Shown: positions 52,007-64,000 of the stretch, piece after piece
Numbering within the stretch: position 1 is the first letter of the stretch
Layout of the letters: the number at the start of each line of letters is the position of its first letter
Origin: Octopus vulgaris
Taxonomy: Eukaryota
Direction of reading: 5' to 3'
Length of the DNA: 64,000 nt
Assembly (NCBI GenBank): GCA_951406725.2
Contig: OX597814.1
Location: forward strand, 138,074,001-138,138,000
The notes under the pieces: model-generated
What the model was told of the DNA's origin: nothing
Databases searched by the model: none
What the model saw: only the letters and a program-made list of their open reading frames with translations
Made by a program: the position numbers and the translations under genes

Positions 52007-52090
52007 GCCCAGCCCACTTATGAATGCCTTTCCTCCCTTGGACACAAAGACCGGTTGAGGCAAGCGAAGTCGATATAGAACCTCATCCGA

Positions 52091-52541
52091 CGACAGACAC
52101 CCATGCCAACCCCCCATGCTTGCGAAGACATGTTGGGGCAAGCGAAATCGAAATCGAAACCGAATTGAACCAGCCAGGATCCCTGGCCTGGTGGTACGTA
52201 AAAAGCACTATCCGACTCGTGGCCGTGGCACGTAAAATACTCCAATGCGACCGTACGACAGGCACCCATGCCAACCCCCTTGCTTGTGAAGACATGTTGG
52301 GGCAAGCGAAATCGAAATCGAATTGAACCAGCCAGGATCCCTGGTCTGATGGTACGTAAAAGGCACTATCCGACTCGTGGCCGTGGCACGTAAAATACTC
52401 CAATGCGACCGTACGACAGGCACCCTTGCCAACCCCTTTGCTTGTGAAGACATGTTGGGGCAAGCGAAATCGAAATCGAATTGAACCAGCCAGGATCCCT
52501 GGTCTGGTGGTACGTAAAAAGCACTATCCGACTCGTGGCCG
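52091..52541 (+). repeat. ~160-bp tandem triplication in the LINE 3' UTR
   Basis: Units begin cgacag at 52091, 52256 and 52414 (periods 165 and 158). The third unit is partial. Confidence 0.9.
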
Positions 52542-53559
52542 ATGCCAGCACCGCCTCGACTGGCTTCCGTGCCGGTGGCACATAAAATACACCAATCTGA
52601 CCGTGGCCGTTGCCAGCCCCGCCTGGCACCTGTGCAGGTGGCACGCAAAAAGCACCCACTACACTCACGGAGTGGTTGGCGTTAGGAAGGGCATCCAGCT
52701 GTAGAAACATTGCCAAATTTAGACTGGAGCCTGGTGCAGCCTTCTGGCTTCCCAGAACCCCGGTCGAACCGTCCAACCCATGCTAGCATGGAGAACGGAC
52801 GTTAAACGACGATGATGATGATATATATATATATTTATATATATATAGGAATTTGTGCCTGTGTTTATCCCCCACCTCCACTTGACAACTGGCGTTGGTG
52901 TGTTTACATCCCTGTAACTTAATAAAATCTATGTCAGAACGGAACAGTAGCCTGGTGTAGTTTGTTACCTGACTAGCTTTTGTCAAACTATCCAACCCAT
53001 GCCAGCATGGAAAACAGATGTTAAATGATGATGATGATGATATATTTTTATACAGAATTCCACAGTGACCTGGTGGGATTTTTGACTCTTTAGAAAGTAA
53101 ACAAAAAGTGACATGAAAGAGTTTCAGTCTCACAAGCATAGATTCCTAGATTTTCAAACGTCTTGTTAAGATTATTTGAAGAATAATTGTTGTATATAAT
53201 ATATAGGCCAACACTGATCTTATCTTATTTTCCTGTAACTTCATTTTGAATTAAAGAAACAGGCTTTGTTGTAATAGTTATTACCATTCATATTGTTAGG
53301 TTGTTGTTGGCCTACAAGTGAGAATAATCAATTATTTTATATTCTGGTTTCACTGTGACTATAACACAGGGCCGCAACACTAAAGATAGTAAATTGGCTG
53401 ATTTGTTCCACTTTCAGGTTGAATACCTCCCAAAATTTCTTCTGGATACATGGTGCTCTGAGTTCAAATCTTGCCAAGGGCAACTTTGCCATTAATTCTA
53501 TTTTTTTTAAAGTACCAATCCAGAATGGTGGATTGGTTGAACCGTAACAATGTTGGATT

Positions 53560-54300
53560 ATTTGGCCGATTCCAGTGCCGCCTGATTGGTTCTGTGCTGG
53601 TGGCACATAAAAGCACCATTTGAGCATGGTTATTACTGCTACCTGACTGCCTCCCATGCTGGTGAAACATAAAAGGCACCATTCAGGTGTGGCTGATGCC
53701 AGTGCTGCCTGTCTGACCCCCATGCTGGTGGCATGTAAAAGACACCCACTACACTATTGGAGTCGTTGGCATTAGAAAGGGCATCCAGCTGTAGAAACCT
53801 TGTCAGATCAGATTGGAGCCTGGTGCAGCCTCCTTGCCTGCCAGTCCTCAGTCAAACCCTCCAACCTATGCCAGCATGGAATGCAGACATTAATGATGAT
53901 GGTGATGATTATGATGATGATCCTCATCATTATTGTCATCATCATCATCATCGTCATAATTATTTAGAGTCCATTGTCCATGATGGCATGGTTTGGACAG
54001 TTTGACCAGGCTGGCACACTGGAAGGCAGCACCTGACTCCAGTCTGATTTGGCATGGTTTTCTATGGCTGGATGCCCTTCCTAATGCTAACCACTTCGAG
54101 AGTGTAATGGATGCTTTTGCATGCTACTGGCACAGGTGCAATTTGCATGACACTGGTATCTGCCATGACTGTGATTTTGCTCGGCCTGATGGGTCTTCTC
54201 AAGCACAACATAATGCCAAAGCTTTTGGTCATTGCCTTCATGATGCCCGGCACTAGAGAGGAACTCAGCCACTTTGATTCTGTGAGGCCCAACACTCAAA
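53560..54300. mobile_element. Two RTE 3' fragments in tail-to-tail orientation
   Basis: The plus copy 53560-53920 ends in (GAT)n. The minus copy 53925-54300 begins with (CAT)n. Confidence 0.78.
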
Positions 54301-54876
54301 AGGAATTCTTAGTGGTAGTTATGGTTTATCCTTTATCTTTTACTTGTTTCAATCATTAGATTACGGCCATGCTACGGCACTATCTTGAAGAATTTTAGTT
54401 GAATGGATCAAGTCCAGTACTTATTTTTGTTTTTTGTTTTTTGTAAAGCCTAGTATTTATTCCATCAGTCTCTTTTGCTAAACAGGTGTAGTATGGGCAG
54501 GTGGGAGAAAAGAAAAAAGAGCAAATTAAAAAGTAGAGAAGAAAAGAGAAGAGAGAGTTATGCACACATACTCAGACACACACTCATACATTCATATATT
54601 TATATATATATGTGTACACACAAATGCACACATATATATATATCTATATATTGTCATATATATATATATATATATATATAAATGAAAAGAAAATTGAGAT
54701 TTACGATTGCCATATTTTAATTCAACATAATATTATATTATTATTATAACGTTATATATCATAATATAAATATAAATATTATAATCCTACAATGGTTTCA
54801 AATGGATACAAACGAATTTATGGAAGCAGGTCATTACAAACATACATACAAATATACACACATATATACATGCACA

Positions 54877-56216
54877 TCTATATACTTAAATGTGTAATGG
54901 TGTCTGTCTGTGTGTAACTCCTCCCACACCGTCAAACTAATTTTAATGATTTTTGGCATGTAGGTAGATCGCATGCCCTGAAGTTCAAATAAGGCCAGAA
55001 TTTTTTGTAAACTCAATAATGCTCAGTTGGCATCAATTTTTGTGAGCTCAATTGGGCATTTGAATGGAAATTCCCATAATGATGTTATTTTTCCTGCAGC
55101 TTTTGCATTTTTTGTCCAATTTTGATGAAAATCAATGAGTGAACGAGGCTCATGCCAGTGAGTTGATGTCAGTATATGGTGTTGACAAAAAATTGATAAT
55201 TGCACCTGAGCAGTGGTTTTATAAAATCAATAGGCATTTTGCATGCAAATACCCACAGGAATTAATTTTTGGATGTAACTTAAAATTTTTTTTATCCAAT
55301 TTTAATGAAATTTGAGATGTAGGTAAATTTTGTGGTGGAGGAGATGGTAAAGGTGTTTATTTAACTCAAAAGGGTTTGAAGGTGTTTATTTAATTGAAAA
55401 GGGTTTGAAAAGGGCACAAATGCAAATCAGCATTTCCTATGAGACATTCTTATAGAATTTGTAGAAATTTTACATGTGATTACAGTTTATGTCCATTAGT
55501 TGATGCCAGCAAGATGAGTTGACAAAAAATTGATACTTGCATGTGAGCAGGGTATTTTAAGAAATCAATAGGCTTTTTGTATGCAATTACCCATAGGATT
55601 AATATTTTATGCTGTAACTTTTACAGAATTCATCTGATTTCGATGAAATTTGACATTTAGGTAAAGTTTATGGTCGGAGTCATGTATTAGAATTGAAATT
55701 AAACTGGTGAAAGGCAGAAGTCATCAAAATTCATTCACAATAGAATAATGAACTGATTTTGAAGAAAATTGACCCATGAGTAAAATTAAGCACTTTAACA
55801 TATGAAACATCGATTATATATATAATGTGCTGGGATTTAAAAGTCAATGGGATATTTTTATGTAAATGGTCACATGGATTCTATTTTATGACATAACCAT
55901 AATACTTTTCTTCAGATTTTGCTGAGATTGGACACGCTGATTAATTTTGTACAGAGGGTGGCATTAAGGGGAGTAAAATAAACAAACATCACTCTCAACG
56001 GGTTGAGGTACACCCAAAAGTACGACTGCGATTTCAGATGGTCCAGTATGCAGGAGTATCTCGTAAGCATTAACCGGGTAAAATCCCTGTCAAACCAAAT
56101 ATAACATCTTAATGGGTAATTGTTGGCACGGGGTATGTAGAAGATTTCAATATAAGGTCAGAGGTAGGCCTAACTTCAACATGGAAACCACAAGCAACGC
56201 CGGGTCCAGCAGCTTG
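54877..56216 (+). mobile_element. Larger non-autonomous Helitron with internal tandem repeats
   Basis: Starts a|TCtatatac...tgtctgtctgtgtg and ends caagcaacgccgggtccagcagCTTG|t (CTAG variant; hairpin related to the 10208 family). Repeated block ttgacaaaaaattgata...aaatcaatagg at ~55182 and ~55520. Confidence 0.65.
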
Positions 56217-56737
56217 TTCATTTATATACGCATGTACACATATATTTATATATACATTCAATCAGAGGTTAAAATAGCCTCATTAAGGGATAGTAATATC
56301 TAATGAATTACTGATTCATTCCCCTAGTATTTTTTATGAATAATTATATTCATAAAATAATAGGTCTAAATATAAATCTTGGTTTATACATATTCAAAAG
56401 AAAATTAAGCAAATGCTGATATATCATTAATATAATTTATTATCTGCAAAAAGTTTTTCAGATTATAAATTATATTAACGATATATCTTGACTTTTTGTA
56501 ATTTTCTTTTATATTTATATAGAGGTGCAGGAGTTGCTGCATGGTAAGTAGCTTGCTTACCAACCACATGGTTCTGAGTTCGATCCCACTGTGTGGCACC
56601 TTGGGCAAGTGTCTTCTACTCTAGCCTTAGGCTGACCAAAGCCTTGTGAGTGGATTTGGTAGATGGAAACTGAAAGAAGTCCATCATATATATATGTATA
56701 TATTTGTGTGTCTGTGTTTGTACCCCCACCACCATCC

Positions 56738-56975
56738 TTGGATCTTCTCAAGCACAGTATATTTCCAAAGGTCTCAATCACTAGTCATTGCCTCGGTGAG
56801 GCCTAATGTTCGAAGATCATGCTTCACCACCTAATCACAGGTCTTACTGGGCCTACCTCTTCTACAGATTCCCTCAACTGCTAGGGTGTAATACTTTTTC
56901 ACACAGCTTTCCTCATCCATTCTCGCTACATGACCATATCAGCGCAGTTGTCTCTCTTGCACACCACCTCTGATG

Positions 56976-57018
<43 letters not shown>

Positions 57019-57633
57019 TATATATATATATATTTATGTATACACACACACACATATATATACATATACATATATCTATATATATACATACATATATATA
57101 TATATATATATACATCATCATCATCATCATCATCGTTTAACGTCCGTTCTCCATGCTAGCATGGGTTGGACGGTTCGACCAGGGATCTGGGAAGCCAGAA
57201 GGCTGCACCAGGCTCCAGTCTTATCTGGCAATGTTTCTACAGCTGGATGCCCTTCCTAACGCCAACCACTCCGTGAGTGTAGTGGGTGCTTTTTACGTGC
57301 CACCCGCACAGGTGCCAGGCGAGGCTGGCAACGGCCACAGTCGGATTGGTGCAATTTACGTGCCACCGGCACGGAAGCCAGTCGATTCGGATACTGCTTT
57401 TTACGTACCACCAGTCCAGGGGACCTGGCATCTGCCGGGTGCCAGTCATAGGATTGGTTCAATTTCAATTTCGATTTCACTTGCCCCAACATGTCTTCGC
57501 AAGCAAAGGGGGTTGGCATGGGTGCCTGTCGTCGGATGAGGTTCGATATCAACTTCGCTTGCCTCAACAGGTCTTTGTGTCCAAGGGAGGAAAGGCATGC
57601 ATAAGTGGGCTGGGCTCACTTGTCCTGCCTGGT

Positions 57634-57635
<2 letters not shown>
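56738..57635 (-). mobile_element. Two minus-strand fragments of the 51031 RTE family separated by (TA)n
   Basis: 56738-56978 is the reverse complement of ~51753-51990. 57113-57635 is the reverse complement of ~51986-52822 with only one UTR repeat unit. Confidence 0.85.
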
Positions 57636-58245
<610 letters not shown>

Positions 58246-58477
58246 CGGATTTGGAGATGATGTACAGGTATATATATTAGAAAAATTGAGGTAATCAGAT
58301 CAGATGGTTCATATTTGTAGATATTTATTTATATATTACATTTTTTACATATATATCATATCATTTGATTAGCGCTTGCTCCCATTCTATGGGTTTTCAA
58401 ATCAAATCAGTTGTGGGTAGTTTGAACCTTTTTATATAGTAGTGGGTGAAGAGAAGTGAGACAGAGAGAAAATATGT

Positions 58478-58528
<51 letters not shown>

Positions 58529-59280
58529 TGTGTGTGTGTGTGTGCGCATTTATATCTGAGAGTGAAGAAGTGTTATTTCCGTATACATAATGTCACTATA
58601 TAGGTTGGCCTGGCACACTACATTCTGTGGACTCTGTGTGTCTGTGTGTGTTTTTGTGTGCGTGTGTGTGTGTGTGTGTATGTGTGTGTGTGTCTGTGTG
58701 TTTGGAGAAGGGAGAGAGACAAAAGAGAAAAGGGAAAATAAAAATATAATAATAAAAATAAAAATTAAAAAATAAAAAAATAAAATAAAATAAAAACAAA
58801 AATAAAAAATAAAATAAAAAAATATAAAGAATAAATAAAAATATAAAGAATAAAAATAAAAAAATAAAAATAAAAATAAAAATAAGGGAGGAAGTGGAGA
58901 AGAAAAATATTTTTGTGTGTTGATATTTATACCAACACATATATATACACACACACACAGACTTATACATAAAATATTTGAAAAAACCTTTTTATCGGTT
59001 CAAAATGAACAACCAAATTATACCATCTTGAAAGTTGTATGTCATATTAAAATTAAAGTGACAATTAAAGGGTAAAGATGGAAGTGAATTATAAAGATAA
59101 TAATATAATATGATGTATATAACAGGCAATACACATCTACACACACACAGATTTTTCCTTCAATGTATGTTGAGTAAAGTTTCTATTTAATTTGGGGAGA
59201 ACAGCTATGAAATGTTTTTCCATATTCCTCCTGAAGGGGTGTCATTCTTGGACACTTGTAGAAGGGAAATATCATACCAA

Positions 59281-59352
<72 letters not shown>

Positions 59353-59362
<10 letters not shown>

Positions 59363-59645
59363 GCAGCAGGCTGTGATACCAAATGTGTATGTGAGCCGCA
59401 CGGGCCTTCGTTTTTGGAATCTCCACTTATAGAAAATGGAAAAAACGGTCTTTGACTGCCATTTCTAATTCCTTCGGTATGAGGCGAAACAGCCTGCTGC
59501 TAGCCATCTTATTTACTTTACTATATACTGAACCTTACAAAGGTCCTGACAATTAATTTGTCGTATTTACATACCGAAATTTACCGGTAAATAACTGTTG
59601 GTTACATGAAAAACCACAGGAAAATTATTTACCGTTTTTATTGCA
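59353..59645 (+). mobile_element. Short-arm fold-back + tail element between (TA)n runs
   Basis: Arms ataagatgtagcagcaggctgt (59353-59374) and acagcctgctgctagccatcttat (59489-59512). The right arm starts at the last A of a GAAA. A further hairpin cggtaaataa...ttatttaccg lies in the tail. Confidence 0.5.
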
Positions 59646-59665
59646 TATATATATATACATATATA

Positions 59666-60170
59666 TGTGGTGGCTGCCCCCTCATTATCGAGCATGGCCA
59701 TTGCATGAAGCTTAATCAATGTTGTTATCATGCAATGCCTGTGCAAGAAGATTTTTTTTAAAGTGAGGAAAGGCTGTGCACTGAGTCAATCCCGCTCACT
59801 AAGCAACAGCATCCATAATCCGAAAAGAAGAACAAGTCAACATCATCAGTAACCACTGAGCTGCAGGTTTTATGTTGGAGTTATCCCAGTTACCTGAGTT
59901 ACCTTCTCCTAGAAGGATGACCTAACAAAGGCTAGGAGTCCTTCACTCCCAATGGTTTATCCGTGCAATCGGGTATTCACTCCGATTATTTCTATGTCCT
60001 TGCGCATGATACAGCCTTAAGTCATTTATTGGATGGCCGTTGACTCTCAAGAGTTCCTCCGCCCTTTGACAGGTTTTGTTTTTTTTTCCTGCAGGGTATA
60101 CAATAAACACCCTCTTCACCAAGCAAGCTTGGTGGGGTTGCCGCTTTAGTCGCTGACGACCCGACCATAT
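59666..60170 (-). mobile_element. Probable non-autonomous RTE derivative (5' UTR-like part joined to a 3' end)
   Basis: Contains gagttaccttctcctagaaggatgacctaacaaaggctaggag, recalled as an RTE 5'-region motif, and ends (minus strand) ggccatgctcgataatgaggggg..ccaccac. No ORF. Flanked by (TA)n. Confidence 0.4.
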
Positions 60171-60223
60171 AGATATATATATGTATATATATATACATAT
60201 ATATATACACACATATATAGATA

Positions 60224-60261
<38 letters not shown>

Positions 60262-60275
<14 letters not shown>

Positions 60276-60645
60276 CCATTCTGTCTGTCTGTCTGTGTGT
60301 CTTCTAGTATCTCGCGCATTCTCCATCTGATTGCGCTCAAATTTGATCTGTAGATACCGATGGTATCAGGGTGTGTATAAGTCTTGAAAAAATTACAAAA
60401 ATCGATTCCAGGTGAGAATGTGATCGATAAAGCCTTGGGAATGTGCATTTGTATGCGCAAGGGCATCAGCTGTTGCGATTGATACTACGTGTATGTTGGA
60501 AAAATGCACATGCAGTTTACGCAAAAAAACCAGCTGGCTTGAAATAATGCCATAAAATCGGATGGTCGGACAAGTTGTTTTGATAAAATTCGGTTTAAAT
60601 GTTTGACAACTCAGCACCATCCATTGGACGGGGTGTGTTTTGCTC
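60262..60645 (+). mobile_element. Probable Helitron 5' fragment
   Basis: tatatataaaat...ctgtctgtctgtctgtgtgt start pattern as in the other Helitrons here. No 3' CTAG hairpin seen. Confidence 0.4.
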
Positions 60646-60752
60646 ATATATATATATATACATACACATATATATATATACAAATATACATATATGTATA
60701 TGTATACATATGATTGATTGATTTTAGTTTCAGCTCACGAGCTGTGGCCATG

Positions 60753-61400
60753 CTATAAAATAATATGTTACAATTACTCAATAGTCAAGATATGTAACGG
60801 TATTTTTTCATAGCGTTTTTTCAGATGGCCAGATAACCGAAGAGATGGTGTTGTGGATTTCCACTTCGGCATCTGAAACTCAGAGTTTATCTTGACTATT
60901 GAGTAATTGTAACATATTATTTTATAGATAAACTAGCAGTATTGCCCGGTGTTGCTCGGGTTTCTAAGGGAAATAACTATATAAGCATTTTTAGAGAGTT
61001 ATAGCCAAAAAATAGCAAAAAAATGCATTAAAAATGGAAAACAAATGATGGTAAATTTTTAAAAAAATCGTTGACTCATCATAGACATTTTTAGAGAGTT
61101 ACTTCCCTTATATAATAGCAAAAAATATGCATTAAAATGGAAAAAAATGATGGTAAATTTTTTTTAAAATCGTAGACTCATTGTAGACGTGCGTTAATAC
61201 CCAGAAGGGCTCGATATGAATCACGACTATAAGATACCCGGTTTTGGTTAAACTGCACCGCAAAATGTGGGAGTAGTTAGGAATCTAAATCGTAGGAAAC
61301 AGACACACAACTTCTCTTTTATATATAAAGATTTCCTCTATTTACATAATATTGAGGTCTCTTTCTTTCTTTTGTTATCTTAGCGTTTTTACCAATATAC
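60753..61400 (+). mobile_element. Fold-back + tail element with a hammerhead-like spacer, interrupted by a Helitron
   Basis: Perfect 40-bp inverted repeat at 60753-60792 and 60888-60927. The spacer holds agataa-CCGAAGA-gatg...catc-t-GAAA-ctc-a-gag-TT-tatct. The probable tail resumes at 61332. Confidence 0.6.
60933..61331 (-). mobile_element. Non-autonomous Helitron (10208 family)
   Basis: Terminus a|ctagcagtattgcccggtgttgctcggg and other end ...aaaga|t. Body shared with both the 10208 and 16034 copies. Confidence 0.85.
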
Positions 61401-61412
61401 ATATATATGCAT

Positions 61413-61450
<38 letters not shown>

Positions 61451-61547
61451 GGGGTGAGTACTTGATAATTATAAGCACCTGTGTATACCGTTTGGTGGTG
61501 TAGGTGAATTTTTGATGTAACACATGTCCTTGCGGAAGCTGTTGTGC

Positions 61548-61625
61548 GCGGCTGAAGAAGGCCACAGACATACATTATGCATTGTTATAAATCTGTCTAA
61601 TAAAGGCCCGAAACATATGTACCGC
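61548..61625 (+). ncRNA. Minimal type I hammerhead ribozyme, the best-preserved copy in the window
   Basis: gcgg-CTGAAGA-a-ggcc-[acaga...tctgt]-ggcc-c-GAAA-catatg-TA-ccgc. 4-bp all-GC stem I, intact core, extended stem II, palindromic stem III ACATATGT, GUA triplet. Sits in a ~215-bp island between (TA)n runs. Confidence 0.82.
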
Positions 61626-61687
61626 TGAATCCTTCGCATCATGTTTTTATTTTATTTTGATCAATATATATATATATATATACACAC

Positions 61688-61718
<31 letters not shown>

Positions 61719-61809
61719 CATACATATATATATACATATATACATATATATATCCATATATATATACACATCATTGTATATATATATATATACATATATA
61801 CATATATAC

Positions 61810-61840
<31 letters not shown>

Positions 61841-61876
61841 TCATTGTCTATATATATATATATATACATCATTGTC

Positions 61877-61928
<52 letters not shown>

Positions 61929-62519
61929 TCATTGTCACCTTAGTGGGCTTGCAAGCATCTCTTTTGTCTTCAGCTAACTTATATAAATTTAAAGAATTGG
62001 GTTAAATGTTGTCTCACACAAACATATGTCTGCCAGCACACCCATACTCTTGCATTCTATAATAATTTTATTTTTACTTTCGAATTTTGACACAAGGCCA
62101 GCAATTTTGAGGAGAGGGGGAAATTGATTACATTGACCCCCAGTGTGTTAACTTGTACTTATTTTATTGATCCCTAAAGAATGAAAAGCAAAGTGGACCT
62201 TGACAGCATCTGAACTCACAACATAAAATGCTGGAGGAAACATCACTAAGCATTTTCTGCCATTGTGCTAATGATTCTGCTAGCTCACCACTTTTACACA
62301 TTATGTAATGATAGGTTCAAATTTTGGCACAAGGCCAGCAAGTTCCAGGGAGCGGGTAAGTGTCAGTTTCATCTGGTATTTATTTTATTGGCTCCAAAAA
62401 GATTAAAGGCAAAGTTGACCTTGGCAGAATTTGAACTCTGAATGTAAAGACAGATGAAATATCACTGAGTATTTCGCCTGGGATACTAACGATTGTCAAC
62501 TCATTCCCTTAAACACATG

Positions 62520-62880
62520 ATCATGATGATGATGATCATCATCGTTTAATGTCCGCTTTCCATGCTAGCATGGGTTGGACGAATGACTGAGGGCTGGCGA
62601 ACCAGATGGCTGCACCAGGCTCCAATCTTGATCTGGCAGAGTTTCTACAGCTGGATGCCCTTCCTAACGCCAATCACTCCGAGAGTGTAGTGGGTGCTTT
62701 TACGCGCCACCAGCATGGGGCCAGTCAGGCGGTACTTTCAACGACCTCGCTCGAATCTTTTACACATGCCACCAGCACAGGTGCCAGTAAGGCGATGCTG
62801 GTAACGATCACGCTTGAATGGTGTCTTTTACATGCCACCAGCACAGAGGCCAGATAGCCGCTCTGCTAACGATCATGCTA
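62520..62880 (-). mobile_element. RTE LINE 3' fragment
   Basis: (CAT)n, ccatgctagcatgggttggac and gtttctacagctggatgcccttcctaacgcc. Confidence 0.85.
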
Positions 62881-63122
62881 ACGTAACATAGTTGAATTTG
62901 TATCATTTTTAATTTCATTGAAATGGTTTTTAGAATGATGTTTCTGGAACAAAAGAACTTCTGTCTTTTATCAATTGTAAGTTGTTCGACTGTGTCCATT
63001 ATGAGCCACCCATTGAGTGGCTCATATTGATCTCAGTACTCATTGCACATACGGGTACTTATTTTATTAACTCTGTTGAATTACAAAATTGTGACATAAA
63101 CAATATCAGTTTTTAGACACAT

Positions 63123-63338
63123 TTAACCCTTTTGTTACCATATTTCTGTTGAGATGCTCTTTGTTTCTTTCAATTGATTTTGAATATAACAAAGAATTTA
63201 CATAAAATAACTTAGTTATCATTAAGCTAGTGTTAGGAGCATAAATTGCGACTAAGGTTTGGCGAAAGATTTTAATTCAGCGCTTTTGAAAACTAGGCAT
63301 TTGTACTACAAAGCCAGAGCCGGTATCAAAAGGGTTAA
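63123..63338. mobile_element. TTAA MITE (piggyBac-like)
   Basis: ttaacccttttgttacc...ggtatcaaaagggttaa. Same family as 19893-20122. Confidence 0.8.
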
Positions 63339-63393
63339 AAATAAATACAAGCACACTTGCAATAAACACACATACACATGCAAATACAGACAA

Positions 63394-63424
<31 letters not shown>

Positions 63425-64000
63425 GACACACACACACACACACACACACAAACAAACACAAACACACACACACACAACATATTGTGTATTTTCTGGTATA
63501 CAAGTTGGCAGTCTGTAGTGTAAGCATGGAGGGAGTGTAACCATCATCACTATTTTCCTAAATCCTGCTGCATTTCACATGAAATTTTTGATCCTTCAAA
63601 GTCATCTCATTATATTAGTCATCTTGATGTATAAGTCGACCTACCTTTGACAATCTACCGGAATTCATTTTTCTACACCTGGATGCCCTTCCTGTTGCCT
63701 ATGTTCCTTCTAGTTCTTTTAAAGCAAATAATATTATGGCTGTGTGGTTGGACATACTTCCAAAGAAAATTGCTAATGAACAGCACTGCTGCTGTTTTGG
63801 TGGAGGGTGATTGAAGGTGTATTGACTGTGAAGGTGGTCTTCCTTCACCATCATGGCCACATCTTTATTTTCCTCTCTTATAGCTTATTGCTTATCCCTC
63901 CCCACATTCTTATTTGGTTGTCGTCTTCAGTTTAAAAACTTCCATGTCAGCAAACCTTATGAGACATCAATCCCAATATGTCACACTAATGTCTATTCTT

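Larger units (their letters stand above)
51031..52822 (+). mobile_element. Young 5'-truncated RTE-clade LINE (C-terminal half of RT, 3' UTR, (GAT)n tail)
   Basis: Uninterrupted frame 51032-52006, CpGs retained, tail gttaaacgacgatgatgatgat. Confidence 0.93.

Noticed and set aside
52091-52541. Regularly spaced repeats that might suggest a CRISPR array
   Set aside because: Whole units repeat with no unique spacers, the context is eukaryotic, and there are no cas genes.
50001-52776. Overlapping 70-194 aa ORFs around the RTE copies
   Set aside because: Antisense or off-frame shadows of LINE sequence and its GC-richer repeated UTR.
54780-54840. Minus-strand GAAAccattgTA with upstream TAATGA
   Set aside because: Core and stems too degenerate to distinguish from chance.
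60090-60170. Possible HDV-like ribozyme at the 5' end of the RTE derivative
   Set aside because: RTE 5' UTRs can carry these, but the nested double pseudoknot could not be assembled from this sequence.

Overview
AT-rich, repeat-dominated eukaryotic DNA, most likely an octopus/coleoid cephalopod (inferred from the SINE families, RTE LINE tails ending in (GAT)n and dense (TA)n/(CA)n microsatellites). Only one convincing host coding exon was found: a 126-nt phase 1-1 internal exon (28577-28702, +) of an SLC7/L-type amino acid transporter light chain. The window therefore looks like mostly very large intron sequence. It carries RTE and CR1/L2-type LINE fragments (one young 5'-truncated RTE with a PHD-like finger inside its RT region), three tRNA-derived SINE families, non-autonomous Helitrons (one head-to-tail dimer), GG-ended MITEs with 8-bp TSDs and TTAA MITEs. 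The most notable signal is a set of short, mutually dissimilar elements, mostly beside (TA)n runs, that share a fold-back arm + unique 3' tail layout and/or carry minimal type I hammerhead ribozyme motifs with palindromic stem III. These are most simply read as Penelope-like element (PLE) terminal-repeat derivatives. Most ORFs in the supplied track are microsatellite or antisense artefacts. All calls were made by eye; no searches or folding were run.
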